64,000 nucleotides of DNA from a virus. The notes under the pieces were generated by a model. That model searched no databases, had not been told where the DNA came from, and was given only the letters and a program-made list of their open reading frames with translations. A program made the position numbers and the translations under genes. Below, piece after piece: positions 49,079-57,661 of this stretch (its first letter is position 1; each line of letters opens with the position of its first letter). The stretch is from IMG/VR virus record IMGVR_UViG_3300045988_087758. One strand, 5' to 3'.

Positions 49079-49651
49079 ATGATTATGAAAAAGATTTTAA
49101 TGTTTATGGCAATTATGATTGCCGTGGTGTTTGTTGCTAGTTGCAGCAGTAAACCAAAGATTCCAGAAAAGACACCTGCACAATTGCGAGCAGATTCTAT
49201 TGCAAAGGTAAAAAAGGATTCTGCTATGAAGGTTGCCAACTTCAAAAAGACTGGCATAGGTTATTTAGAGAGATACCTTAAAAACCAGTGTTCGTCTGAC
49301 CCATCGGTCGGGAAGGTATTAAAAACAAAAGACCGCATACTTAGTGATTCCATTTATTTTGGACAGGCGAAGGTACTTATCAAAAACAGATATGGAGCTA
49401 ATGAGCAATATGATGACTTGTGGTTTTGTGCAGTTCGCCCTAAAGATAAAAAAGTGGGAGACCATTTTATAGCTTGGTCAAGTGTTGATAATTGCCAAAG
49501 CGGTTTAGATTTTATCGTCGGAAAAGATAAAACGTGCATTCCGCTTGTCGTACCTCAGCCAAAGGATTATAGTAAGTTAATTCATGAATTGTGCAAATCC
49601 GATGGATTCACCATTGCAAACTTCTGTGATGGTGAAAACTTCGGGTTCTAA
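49079..49651 (+). CDS. putative lipoprotein
   Basis: 190-aa ORF. The signal peptide ends in the lipobox VASC (MIMKKILMFMAIMIAVVFVASCSS). Confidence 0.7.
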   Translation: MIMKKILMFMAIMIAVVFVASCSSKPKIPEKTPAQLRADSIAKVKKDSAMKVANFKKTGIGYLERYLKNQCSSDPSVGKVLKTKDRILSDSIYFGQAKVLIKNRYGANEQYDDLWFCAVRPKDKKVGDHFIAWSSVDNCQSGLDFIVGKDKTCIPLVVPQPKDYSKLIHELCKSDGFTIANFCDGENFGF

Positions 49652-49659
49652 TAAATGTT

Positions 49660-49694
49660 CCCCATCTATCAAGTATAGGTGGGGATTTGTTTTG
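49660..49694 (+). terminator. rho-independent terminator
   Basis: ccccatc (49660-49666) pairs with ggtgggg (49678-49684), followed by atttgttttg. Confidence 0.6.
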
Positions 49695-49814
49695 TGGTGC
49701 ATACAAGACGTTTAAACTGTCGCACCGATAAATCATACCAACAGACTATTTTAACCGCTTACAGAAGAAATTTTCACTATCTCTTTGAGTTCTCAGATAT
49801 TTTGTCTATCTTTG

Positions 49815-49893
49815 CAATGAATTTATCATCTTGGAACTCATATATCTATCTCAGCCCTGCATCATCATTTTTGGTGGTGTGGGGCATTTTTTG
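49815..49893 (+). ncRNA. candidate short transcript (promoter box + strong terminator, no credible ORF)
   Basis: TAtcTTTG box at 49807-49814. A 14-bp hairpin (including G-U pairs) at 49854-49885 is followed by tttttt at 49887-49892. Confidence 0.3.
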
Positions 49894-50000
49894 TTTGTTA
49901 AACAAACATAATATTTTCCCTAAAATACCCATATCCCTCATTATCCCATATTAATAATTTTAACGGAAAAATAAGTACACTCAGTCTGGAATAAAATGCT

Positions 50001-50008
50001 TACCTTTG
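50001..50008 (+). promoter_or_regulatory. -7 promoter box TAccTTTG
   Basis: aatgctTAccTTTGtgctcg, about 150 nt upstream of the ATG at 50158. Confidence 0.45.
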
Positions 50009-50157
50009 TGCTCGAAAAAGCGTGATGTAGTGGTAAATTACAGCTTGCAACATAAGGATATTTTTTAAGTAGGTGCTCGAAAGAGACCGAAGAGATTAAA
50101 AATATAGGGATTTCATTAAGTGCCACTACACTTATTGGAATCCTTTCTTTTTTTGTT

Positions 50158-51018
50158 ATGCGGAGACATCTAAACATCAATGTAGAACTGGTAGAGCGAT
50201 ATGCTTGCGGTTACTCCAAGGTCGAAAGGAGTAAGCGCATGACTATATTATGCTTTGCTATTTGGTGTAAGATGCAGCATAGTAATTCTATAATGTTTGA
50301 TATGGGTACAAGACAACTGATGCGTACCCTTCACATTTCACAACCAAAGGCTCAACTGTTACTTAATGCTATCAAGACAGATGATTTATTCTCTGTTAAA
50401 GAGGATGGTCGCTTTATTGTTACATCATTTAAGGATGATACAAGAAAACTTGATAAAAACGGAAGAGTTTTCAGAGGTGCAAAGATGTTCACAATTGAAG
50501 TGAACAAACAATATACACTAAAGGATATATATAACAGACTGAATGAACTTCTGTTTCTGTTTCAGATTGGTAGCCAGGAGGCGAACAGCTCACACGTTAG
50601 TGGTAATAAGAAATCAAATCGCTTGTGTCGCTCAACCTTTATCACGATGAATCAATTACAGAGTGCTATCGGTTTGTCGCATGGTTCTGTTAGTGGTATC
50701 AAGAAACGTTTAATCAAGAAAGAGCAGATTAAATCAACTTATGCCGAACTGCACATGGCAGACAAGCGTGTGCCTAACCAAGTAGAAACAATGCTGGTTA
50801 GGTTCGGTCGTAAGAATCCGACTTTTGAGATTGGTGATAACGCTTATGTTTGCATACCATGTTCATACGAGATTACAAGCAGAGACGCAAAAAGAAGTTG
50901 TGGTCGGCACATCATATACGGATATGGATGCAGAAGAAAGAAAAGTCAGATAGGTACTGAAACAACTAGCAAAGGCAGTTTTGTTCCAATGAATAATGGA
51001 TGCGGAATGCCTGATTAA
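50158..51018 (+). CDS. hypothetical protein with winged-helix/HTH-like segment
   Basis: 286-aa ORF. MNQLQSAIGLSHGSVSGIKKRLIKKEQI is HTH-like. A role in replication or regulation is a guess. Confidence 0.4.
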   Translation: MRRHLNINVELVERYACGYSKVERSKRMTILCFAIWCKMQHSNSIMFDMGTRQLMRTLHISQPKAQLLLNAIKTDDLFSVKEDGRFIVTSFKDDTRKLDKNGRVFRGAKMFTIEVNKQYTLKDIYNRLNELLFLFQIGSQEANSSHVSGNKKSNRLCRSTFITMNQLQSAIGLSHGSVSGIKKRLIKKEQIKSTYAELHMADKRVPNQVETMLVRFGRKNPTFEIGDNAYVCIPCSYEITSRDAKRSCGRHIIYGYGCRRKKSQIGTETTSKGSFVPMNNGCGMPD

Positions 51019-51137
51019 ATGCTAGTGTTTCTGTTTTTGACGTTTTCACACTATTAGTTAGTGGTAATCTATGAATAGTTTATTATACTAACGTGCGTGT
51101 GAGTAATATGATTGTTTAATTAAAAAGATATTTGATT

Positions 51138-51437
51138 ATGAAGAATGAAACAAAGTTAGAGAAGGTAAAGAAGTTCCTTGATGAGAATAACATCAAGTAC
51201 TCTGAACCTAAACATAAGGGCAGAAAAGGTCATAGTGACCTTGTGTTGTCTGAACTTTGTATTTTTATCAAGATTTCAGGTGATGATGATGCGAAGTTCT
51301 TCAATCGGCATAAGTATTATTATCCGATTTTTATTCGTGATAATGAGACCCCAAAGTTCGTGATTGAGAAGGTTCAGAACACTATCATCAAGTCTATGAA
51401 AGAAAAGCAGGCAAGATTACTGAATGCTAAAAAATAA
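51138..51437 (+). CDS. hypothetical protein
   Basis: The track ORF 51132.. begins at a TTG. The first ATG is at 51138. Confidence 0.4.
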   Translation: MKNETKLEKVKKFLDENNIKYSEPKHKGRKGHSDLVLSELCIFIKISGDDDAKFFNRHKYYYPIFIRDNETPKFVIEKVQNTIIKSMKEKQARLLNAKK

Positions 51438-51455
51438 CGTTTAAATTTAGAGAAT

Positions 51456-51656
51456 ATGTTTGGAGAAGAAAGAATCACTCGTAAGTGCGTAATAACGTTT
51501 ACAGGGGGGGATAAAGTAGTAGGCACACTATCAATGCCGAAACCGAAAAAAGCTATGTTCCCAGAGGAAATGGAACGTAACTTTATCAAGAGTTTTAATG
51601 AGTCGCAGCCTGATTTAGTAAACAAGGCTGTTAGTGTTCACATTTTAAGAAATTGA
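51456..51656 (+). CDS. hypothetical protein
   Basis: 66-aa ORF. Confidence 0.4.
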   Translation: MFGEERITRKCVITFTGGDKVVGTLSMPKPKKAMFPEEMERNFIKSFNESQPDLVNKAVSVHILRN

Positions 51657-51657
51657 T

Positions 51658-51828
51658 ATGGTAGCAACAATTATTATTTTATCATTGTTTGCGTTTGAAC
51701 TTGGCGCAACATTAGTTAAACATGGAGAACCTAGAGAAGGAAAAGTTAACTTCTGGATTTCTCTTTTATGGTACGGAATACTTATTTTTCTGCTATATAA
51801 GGCAGGATTGTTTACTAATTTAGTTTAA
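51658..51828 (+). CDS. possible 56-aa two-TM membrane protein
   Basis: My own translation: MVATIIILSLFAFELGATLVKHGEPREGKVNFWISLLWYGILIFLLYKAGLFTNLV. Confidence 0.35.
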   Translation: MVATIIILSLFAFELGATLVKHGEPREGKVNFWISLLWYGILIFLLYKAGLFTNLV

Positions 51829-51836
51829 GTAATTAT

Positions 51837-52181
51837 ATGGAAGAAATAAAAGGGATTCTTTGTACATCAACCGTAGGTAGTGATGAGGAATGTAATGGTG
51901 TACGTATCAAGAAAGAACTTGGAGTAGTTGTTGCTATAGACAATGAAAACGAGTTCAAAGGTGTATTCTCGAAGTATGGAGAAGTGGATATTTTCAAGCA
52001 GTTGCTTTCGCAAGAAGTAAGCCGTCATTATACGAAATACAAAGCGTTCCCAACTGAATCTTTGATTCCATACAAGGATTGTGGAGATATTATCTTTGAC
52101 TTCATAGAGGTTACTTACGGAAAGATGTATGGCGGTTATGTTTATGTTGTTCATTACGACTTTGCAAGCACCGCATCTTAA
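51837..52181 (+). CDS. hypothetical protein
   Basis: 114-aa ORF. Confidence 0.4.
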   Translation: MEEIKGILCTSTVGSDEECNGVRIKKELGVVVAIDNENEFKGVFSKYGEVDIFKQLLSQEVSRHYTKYKAFPTESLIPYKDCGDIIFDFIEVTYGKMYGGYVYVVHYDFASTAS

Positions 52182-52196
52182 TAAATAATATTGAAT

Positions 52197-52340
52197 ATGA
52201 TGACAGCAGCGGATAGAATTAGAATTACGGCTCAGATTGCAATATTGAAGGAAATTGCCATTGACTATAAGGGAAAGACAATCGACAACGTTATTCAGCA
52301 GCTAGAGCTGAGATTGGCAGATTTAAATCTGAAACAATAA
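52197..52340 (+). CDS. possible 47-aa protein
   Basis: My own translation: MMTAADRIRITAQIAILKEIAIDYKGKTIDNVIQQLELRLADLNLKQ. Confidence 0.3.
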   Translation: MMTAADRIRITAQIAILKEIAIDYKGKTIDNVIQQLELRLADLNLKQ

Positions 52341-52353
52341 AAGAGTTAGTAAT

Positions 52354-53274
52354 ATGGCAAGAATCACAAGAAGTAAAGCTGCCGAGATACTTGGTTTATC
52401 TAGACAGACAATCAGCAACTACATTGAGCAAGGTCTCATTGGCAGTTGTGTAGGCGAGCATGGTATCTTGTATGTAAACAGCGAGGACGTTGAGAAATAC
52501 GCCCAAAAGTACAAGATGCTTGCTGCCAACGAAAAGATGATAGATGATAAGCTCAAAGAAGTTGAGGCGCACAAGCGTGCAATAAACGTTGAACTTACCG
52601 AGTTGAGAAACAGAGCAACCGCAAACGGCAAACTAGCTGCAAACGCTGTTGGTATGCTTTTTGGCGTTATCAATACGATGTCGCACCTTGGTGTCACTCC
52701 AAAACTCAGCTATCGTGAATCTCAGATGTTGAAGGACATCATTAACGGAATGACCTACGATGAATTGTCTTTTAAATACGACCTGACACCTGCTAGAATC
52801 AGACAGATTGTAGACAAGACGTGCAATAAGCTGACGTACAACGAGGATGCCGCCATTGCCGATATTGCTACAAATCAAGATTTGAGAATCGTGCTTGAGA
52901 ATCTCAAAAAGAAGTTAAAGGCGGTGCAGACGAGTTATGATGAATACAGACGTGCAAAAGACGATGTTCCTATCAGTGGTGTGATACTACCTCCATTGAT
53001 ACTGGGTAAGGATGTAAATGACTGCAATTTTCCAGTTCGTATTCTGAATATGTTCCGAGGATACAACGTTTACACCGTAGGTGATTTGCTTCGAAAGTTT
53101 CATGGAAAGTCTGACATAGCTAAGATTAGAAATCTTGGTAAAAAGAGTATTTATATTATACTTGACTTTATCGAAGAGAATAATCTTAGCTTCAAGCAGT
53201 ATGGAGAGAGTGATGAAGACTTCTATATTCGTCTCAATAATTTAATGAACAAAAAACATGAAGAAAATGATTAA
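52354..53274 (+). CDS. transcription regulator: N-terminal HTH, sigma-region-4/LuxR-like segment, C-terminal RNAP alpha-CTD-like domain
   Basis: 306-aa ORF. KAAEILGLSRQTISNYIEQG (HTH). ESQMLKDIINGMTYDELSFKYDLTPARIRQIVDKTCNKL. FPVRILNMFRGYNVYTVGDLLRKFHGKSDIAKIRNLGKKSIYIILDFIEENNL follows the alpha-CTD pattern (VR..N.L...GI.TVGDL......L..I.N.GKKS..EI...L). Confidence 0.55.
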   Translation: MARITRSKAAEILGLSRQTISNYIEQGLIGSCVGEHGILYVNSEDVEKYAQKYKMLAANEKMIDDKLKEVEAHKRAINVELTELRNRATANGKLAANAVGMLFGVINTMSHLGVTPKLSYRESQMLKDIINGMTYDELSFKYDLTPARIRQIVDKTCNKLTYNEDAAIADIATNQDLRIVLENLKKKLKAVQTSYDEYRRAKDDVPISGVILPPLILGKDVNDCNFPVRILNMFRGYNVYTVGDLLRKFHGKSDIAKIRNLGKKSIYIILDFIEENNLSFKQYGESDEDFYIRLNNLMNKKHEEND

Positions 53275-53770
53275 TAAATGGTTTGGCTGGTTTGATATTT
53301 ACTATGCCGAAATGTTATTGGGTGTTACGTTTGCCATAGGCAACGCCTGCGCTGGCAATTTGAATATTGCATTAGTATGGATTGCCTTCGCATTCAGTTG
53401 GGGAATATTCAAACTGGTAATAAGCGAGGAAAACAGAAGATACAAAGCTCTTGTTAATCTCTCAAAAGAAATACAGAGTAATGAGAAAAAAGCGGTACAG
53501 ACAACAATATGGGCTTATGATGAGCTACACCTCGAAATGCAGCGTCACAGACTGACCGCAATACAAGGTATGAAGTATAAGAATAAGGCTGAGTTCATGC
53601 AGCGCAAGAAGAGCCTATCACAATACCTAAAGTATTCTGATGCGATTGACAACATCTATGAACAAGAGGTTGAACGTTTGCATACAATGGAGAAAGAAAT
53701 TGAAAAGAAAAATAATGATGGAAAAGACAAAGGAACTGACTCTGAAACAGAGACTGCAAAATCTGAGTGA
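53258..53770 (+). CDS. membrane-anchored coiled-coil protein
   Basis: 170-aa ORF. N-terminal hydrophobic segments and a charged C-terminal half. Confidence 0.45.
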   Translation: MKKMINKWFGWFDIYYAEMLLGVTFAIGNACAGNLNIALVWIAFAFSWGIFKLVISEENRRYKALVNLSKEIQSNEKKAVQTTIWAYDELHLEMQRHRLTAIQGMKYKNKAEFMQRKKSLSQYLKYSDAIDNIYEQEVERLHTMEKEIEKKNNDGKDKGTDSETETAKSE

Positions 53771-54008
53771 AGAACAAACACCATTCTTTCACTCGCTTAC
53801 ACCATTCGCCGCAGGATTTACACAAGGTTTCAATTACGAAAAGAAACGTCTTGTTGCCGCATTGGTGAATAACTCAGAAGTCACAAAGGACTTCATCAAC
53901 GAGCCTATCAGCGTACCAATAAGCGATAGTTGTCTGTTTATGCACGCATTCATTGACGGCTCTGTTGACTATCGTAAGAAGATAGAAACTATTCTATCGA
54001 ACCAATAG
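53715..54008 (+). CDS. hypothetical protein (start uncertain)
   Basis: The track ORF 53640..54008 overlaps the previous gene by 131 nt. The internal ATG-ATG at 53715 gives a shorter overlap. Confidence 0.35.
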   Translation: MMEKTKELTLKQRLQNLSEEQTPFFHSLTPFAAGFTQGFNYEKKRLVAALVNNSEVTKDFINEPISVPISDSCLFMHAFIDGSVDYRKKIETILSNQ

Positions 54009-54014
54009 CAAGAA

Positions 54015-54041
54015 AGGGAGGTTAACAGCCTCCCTTTTTTA
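54015..54041. terminator. bidirectional hairpin terminator
   Basis: agggagg (54015-54021) pairs with cctccct (54029-54035), followed by tttttt. It sits between convergent genes. Confidence 0.65.
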
Positions 54042-54078
54042 TTTTCCCTTTTAGAAAACTCAAAACAATATTTGAGTT

Positions 54079-55275
54079 TTATTTGTAGTCTTTATTACAC
54101 TCTAAATCAGCATTCAGATAATCAATAACTTTTCTGTTCGCTTTATCAATCTTCGATGTATCGTACTCTACATAAACGCCAGTTATCGAATTATCCCAAA
54201 TAGAGTGTCCTAATGCCCTTCCGATAATCTCCATAGGTATTTCTATCTTTGCGGCAAACGTTGCCCACGTATGGCGATTCCAATAGCTTGTCAAGTCTGG
54301 CTCAATCGCATCATTTGTTCGGTCGTATCGTCTTCCGTCATATATCTTTCTTCCTAAAGAACGAAGACAATGATTACACTTAGTCGTGAACTGAGCATAC
54401 CCTGCCGAATTAGTAATCCTCATAAATGAGAATAATTCGTTGCTGCTGCTATTATTTTTGTATCTGTCGATAATCTCTTTAGCCTCTGGTTCTACCCTAA
54501 TATCGTACAATCTATTCGTCTTATTACGGAAGAATGATATGCGTCCGTCCTTATAGTCTTCCTTGGTAAGGTCGAGAATATCCGACAAGTTCATACCTAT
54601 CAGATAGAAACCAAGCATAAAGAAATCTCTGTATATACTATCGTGGGCATCGAGTTTAATATCTCGTATTGCTCGTAACTGCTCTACAGATAGATTTCTC
54701 TTGCGTGTTTTATCTTTCTTGAAAGCTGCCCTCTCAAATGGATAATTAGTAGTGAGCTTCTTTCTTCTTGCCCAATTAAAGACTGACTTCAGTTTATCAA
54801 TATCTCCAATGATACCATTGTTGCATCTGCCTTTTTCTTCCTCATGCTTATAGAACCCTTCTACCCATGAGAAATCTATTCCATCAAGTGTTGCATTCTC
54901 ATCATATACGGAAATATCCGTTATAAGATGTTTGTAGGCGGCAATAGTGCCAGCCTTATCCTTTGTGCCGATAAACTTCTCTATTGTGCTAATAATGGTG
55001 TTTCTGTTCCTTTTCTTGCCAACAATCAATTCTTTAAGATGTTCTTTGAGTTCGTCAACGCCTTCATTGCTATGCTCGTTGATGTAATCATCACACATCT
55101 TATATATCTGTGCAAGTCTGTTGGTCTTAGACTTTGCTGACTTGTCGGAGCGAGGAAAAACCATTCCGTCAAACTTCTCTGTTGTCTGTAATCCAGTTGA
55201 CAGATAGAACCTCTTGTACTTATGCGTGACAGATAAGTACACCTTAAAATCTCTGTTATCAATATATACTTTCAT
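54079..55275 (-). CDS. int: tyrosine recombinase / phage integrase
   Basis: 398-aa ORF. C-terminal WNRHTWATFAA...GRALGHS...TGVYVEY matches the R-H-R-Y catalytic-box pattern. Confidence 0.8.
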   Translation of the reverse strand: MKVYIDNRDFKVYLSVTHKYKRFYLSTGLQTTEKFDGMVFPRSDKSAKSKTNRLAQIYKMCDDYINEHSNEGVDELKEHLKELIVGKKRNRNTIISTIEKFIGTKDKAGTIAAYKHLITDISVYDENATLDGIDFSWVEGFYKHEEEKGRCNNGIIGDIDKLKSVFNWARRKKLTTNYPFERAAFKKDKTRKRNLSVEQLRAIRDIKLDAHDSIYRDFFMLGFYLIGMNLSDILDLTKEDYKDGRISFFRNKTNRLYDIRVEPEAKEIIDRYKNNSSSNELFSFMRITNSAGYAQFTTKCNHCLRSLGRKIYDGRRYDRTNDAIEPDLTSYWNRHTWATFAAKIEIPMEIIGRALGHSIWDNSITGVYVEYDTSKIDKANRKVIDYLNADLECNKDYK

Positions 55276-55293
55276 AACTCATTTCTTCTTTAT

Positions 55294-55311
55294 GCTTGCA
55301 TATTGCTTGCA
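55294..55311. repeat. 18-nt repeat gcttgcatattgcttgca (copy 1)
   Basis: 17/18 identical to 55504-55521. Each copy contains gcttgca twice, and ttgcaa is palindromic. Confidence 0.7.
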
Positions 55312-55503
55312 AAAACGCCTAGTTTTTATCCGTTTTACGGGGCTTTTAGGGATATTTTCGCTAGCAATATAATAAGCGTATATTTATAACTTACTGATAA
55401 TCAGTCAGAATATCTTTTATGTAATTAAGAGGATGATCTTCTTGTCTGTATCAGCCATAACTTTTTGATTTTTATAATGTTGTGGTTGTTTTATTATATA
55501 CTC

Positions 55504-55521
55504 GCTTGCGTATTGCTTGCA
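55504..55521. repeat. 18-nt repeat gcttgcgtattgcttgca (copy 2)
   Basis: See copy 1. A further tgcaagc (inverted) lies at 55534-55540. Confidence 0.7.
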
Positions 55522-55524
55522 TTC

Positions 55525-55971
55525 TTACTTCTTTGCAAGCAAATCCATTAGCTGCTTGATTTGCTCATCCTTCTTTGCAATCTGTTCACGAAGTAGTGCA
55601 TTTTCTCGTCTGAGAACCTCAACATCGCCAGCAGATAACATATTTGATACCTTACTAAATGCGGATTCCGCTGGTGCATTCATTGCGTCACGTACAGCCT
55701 TCTCTACGGAAGAGCCTATATTTATATCACCGCCAATACTATATGCCTCCTTGACGTAAATATTGCCCTTTCCCTCTTCTAGCCATTCACGACTAACACC
55801 GAGCGTCTTACACATCTTTAATATATCCTTTCTTGTGATTGACCTCTCTCCACTTAATTTTCTTCTGAAATTAGCAGGGTCAATATCAACCTTTCTTGCA
55901 AAGGAGTTTGGGTTGTCTGCGTCACGTTCCATTAGCTGCTTGACACGATTTATTAGTTCTAAATCTTTCAT
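55525..55971 (-). CDS. CI/XRE-type HTH repressor
   Basis: 148-aa ORF. NSFARKVDIDPANFRRKLSGERSITRKDILKMCKTLGVSREWLEEGKG is a Cro/C1-type HTH. Divergent from the Rha-like operon. Confidence 0.65.
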   Translation of the reverse strand: MKDLELINRVKQLMERDADNPNSFARKVDIDPANFRRKLSGERSITRKDILKMCKTLGVSREWLEEGKGNIYVKEAYSIGGDINIGSSVEKAVRDAMNAPAESAFSKVSNMLSAGDVEVLRRENALLREQIAKKDEQIKQLMDLLAKK

Positions 55972-56023
55972 AATCTTAATTTTATAGGGTAAAACACCGT
56001 ATATCTGTTAATAGCATTTAAAA

Positions 56024-56041
56024 TGACACGATTTGACACGA
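56024..56041. promoter_or_regulatory. tandem tgacacga half-sites (putative operator)
   Basis: tgacacga at 56024-56031 and 56034-56041 (10-bp register), in the divergent repressor/antirepressor intergenic region. Confidence 0.45.
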
Positions 56042-56070
56042 AATGTCTTGGTCATTTCGGAATTTTGTTG

Positions 56071-56078
56071 TACCTTTG
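56071..56078 (+). promoter_or_regulatory. -7 promoter box TAccTTTG
   Basis: ttgttgTAccTTTGcaaacg, upstream of the 56236 operon. Confidence 0.45.
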
Positions 56079-56235
56079 CAAACGTCAATCAGTTAGAACA
56101 ACTGAAAAACAAAAGCTAGGTAGAAATAGTGTAAACACTATCTGACTATATCACACCGCAAAGATACGTGTCTTACACGATTTTACCAAGTTTTTTAAGT
56201 TAATAAAATGTAAACGAGTTAGAAAAGTTTTAGAT

Positions 56236-56505
56236 ATGAAAGCGGAAAGAATAACCGCCAAGGATGTTAGAAATATCAGCGTTGGTGGAAAACTAGAAGT
56301 TGAATTACCGAACTATCTCGCTTGTGTTGCTGCAAAGGGTATGGTAACTTATGTAAAACGTGCCTATCCAAGAACCGATGGAAATGTGTACTATACATTT
56401 ATTAATTCGGAAAGCAATACGATTACAATCGGTCTAACAGACCCACATTCAAGAGATATTATCATCGGCGAGAATGTGAAGTGTAGAAAGCGAGTTGAGA
56501 CATAG
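56236..56505 (+). CDS. hypothetical protein
   Basis: 89-aa ORF, first in the rightward lysogeny-switch operon. Confidence 0.4.
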   Translation: MKAERITAKDVRNISVGGKLEVELPNYLACVAAKGMVTYVKRAYPRTDGNVYYTFINSESNTITIGLTDPHSRDIIIGENVKCRKRVET

Positions 56506-56536
56506 TTAATAAATTAATAATGCATAGGAGGTTGAA

Positions 56537-57292
56537 ATGGAAGAGATTATCAAGAAAGAAACAATGACATCGCTCGAAATAGCAACGGTTACAGGGAAAC
56601 AGCATCAACACGTTTTACGTGATATTGATAGTTTGTTAGCGCAAGGTGTAGATGCGTCCAATTTTGGACTGACCTCTTACACTGATAAATCGAACAGACA
56701 ACAAAGATGTTACAGTCTTACCAAAAAAGGTTGCTTAATACTCGCAAGCGGTTACGATGCACTTCTTCGAGAGAAAATAATCAATCGTTGGGAAGAACTG
56801 GAGATAAAAGAACGAGAACAGTATCAGGTTCCTCAATCGTTTGCCGAAGCTCTTATGTTAGCTGCAAAGCAACAGCAACAAATTGAGGAGCAACAAAAAC
56901 AGCTTGAAGCAAACTCAAAAGAGATTGTTGAGTTGAGCGGAGCGATAGCAGAAATGAAACCAAAGGTTACTTACGTTGATATGATTCTTGCAAGTAAGGA
57001 AACGGTGGCAACAACTCAAATTGCACAGGACTACGGATATTCCGCAAAGGCGTTCAATGTTCTTCTAAGGAATTTCGGCATCCAGCACAAAGTTGGTGGT
57101 CAATGGATATTATACGCTAAATTCCTTCCTTATGGATACGTTCAGTCAGATACGATTGCGATAACGCACAGAAATGGTTCTGCTGGTTCGGTGATGCACA
57201 CTAAGTGGACACAAAAAGGTAGGCTTTTCTTGTATGACGAATTAAAGGAACACGATGTTTTTCCTTTGATTGAGCGAAAACATGAGGATTAG
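56537..57292 (+). CDS. Rha-family regulatory protein with KilAC-type antirepressor C-terminal domain
   Basis: 251-aa ORF. The N-terminal MTSLEIATVTGKQHQHVLRDIDSLL is Rha-like. The C-terminal YVDMILASKETVATTQIAQDYGYSAKAFNVLLRNFGIQHKVGGQWILYAKF is KilAC-like. Confidence 0.7.
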   Translation: MEEIIKKETMTSLEIATVTGKQHQHVLRDIDSLLAQGVDASNFGLTSYTDKSNRQQRCYSLTKKGCLILASGYDALLREKIINRWEELEIKEREQYQVPQSFAEALMLAAKQQQQIEEQQKQLEANSKEIVELSGAIAEMKPKVTYVDMILASKETVATTQIAQDYGYSAKAFNVLLRNFGIQHKVGGQWILYAKFLPYGYVQSDTIAITHRNGSAGSVMHTKWTQKGRLFLYDELKEHDVFPLIERKHED

Positions 57293-57295
57293 CCT

Positions 57296-57502
57296 ATGAC
57301 ACCGAAGAAGAAAGTAGTGGTCGAAAAGATTGCTAAGAAATGGCTATCAACTGATGAAGCTGCATCATACATAGGTATGGGAAAGTCGTTCATAGTTGAG
57401 TTGAGAAAGAGCGGAAAGCTACCACACTGCATGATAGGTCATTCTGCATTCTTCCTCGCAAGCGATATAGATAATCTGCTTGAAAGCCATCGTGTGTATT
57501 AA
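57296..57502 (+). CDS. excisionase-like HTH protein
   Basis: 68-aa ORF. KWLSTDEAASYIGMGKSFIVELRKSGKLPHCMIG is a Xis/HTH_17-like pattern. Confidence 0.5.
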   Translation: MTPKKKVVVEKIAKKWLSTDEAASYIGMGKSFIVELRKSGKLPHCMIGHSAFFLASDIDNLLESHRVY

Positions 57503-57587
57503 TGAAGTTTTGTTTCATACCCCACCAAGCGAGGTGGATGGACGAGTAGTTGATTTTTCAATACGTTTGCTCATGCTCGTCCAATAA

Positions 57588-57661
57588 GGTTTCATAGCTC
57601 AGGTGGTTAGAGCGGTCGGCTGTTAACCGATAGGTCGTAGGTTCGAATCCTGCTGAAACCG
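57588..57661 (+). tRNA. tRNA-Asn (anticodon GTT)
   Basis: Hand-folded cloverleaf: ggtttca/tgaaacc acceptor, gctc-aggtggtta-gagc D arm, gtcgg-ctGTTaa-ccgat anticodon arm, gtagg-ttcgaat-cctgc T arm. 74 nt. Confidence 0.9.

Noticed and set aside
49679-49954. 91-aa plus-strand ORF
   Set aside because: It spans a terminator, a promoter box and a second terminator, with low-complexity sequence. The region is reinterpreted as non-coding with a candidate sRNA.
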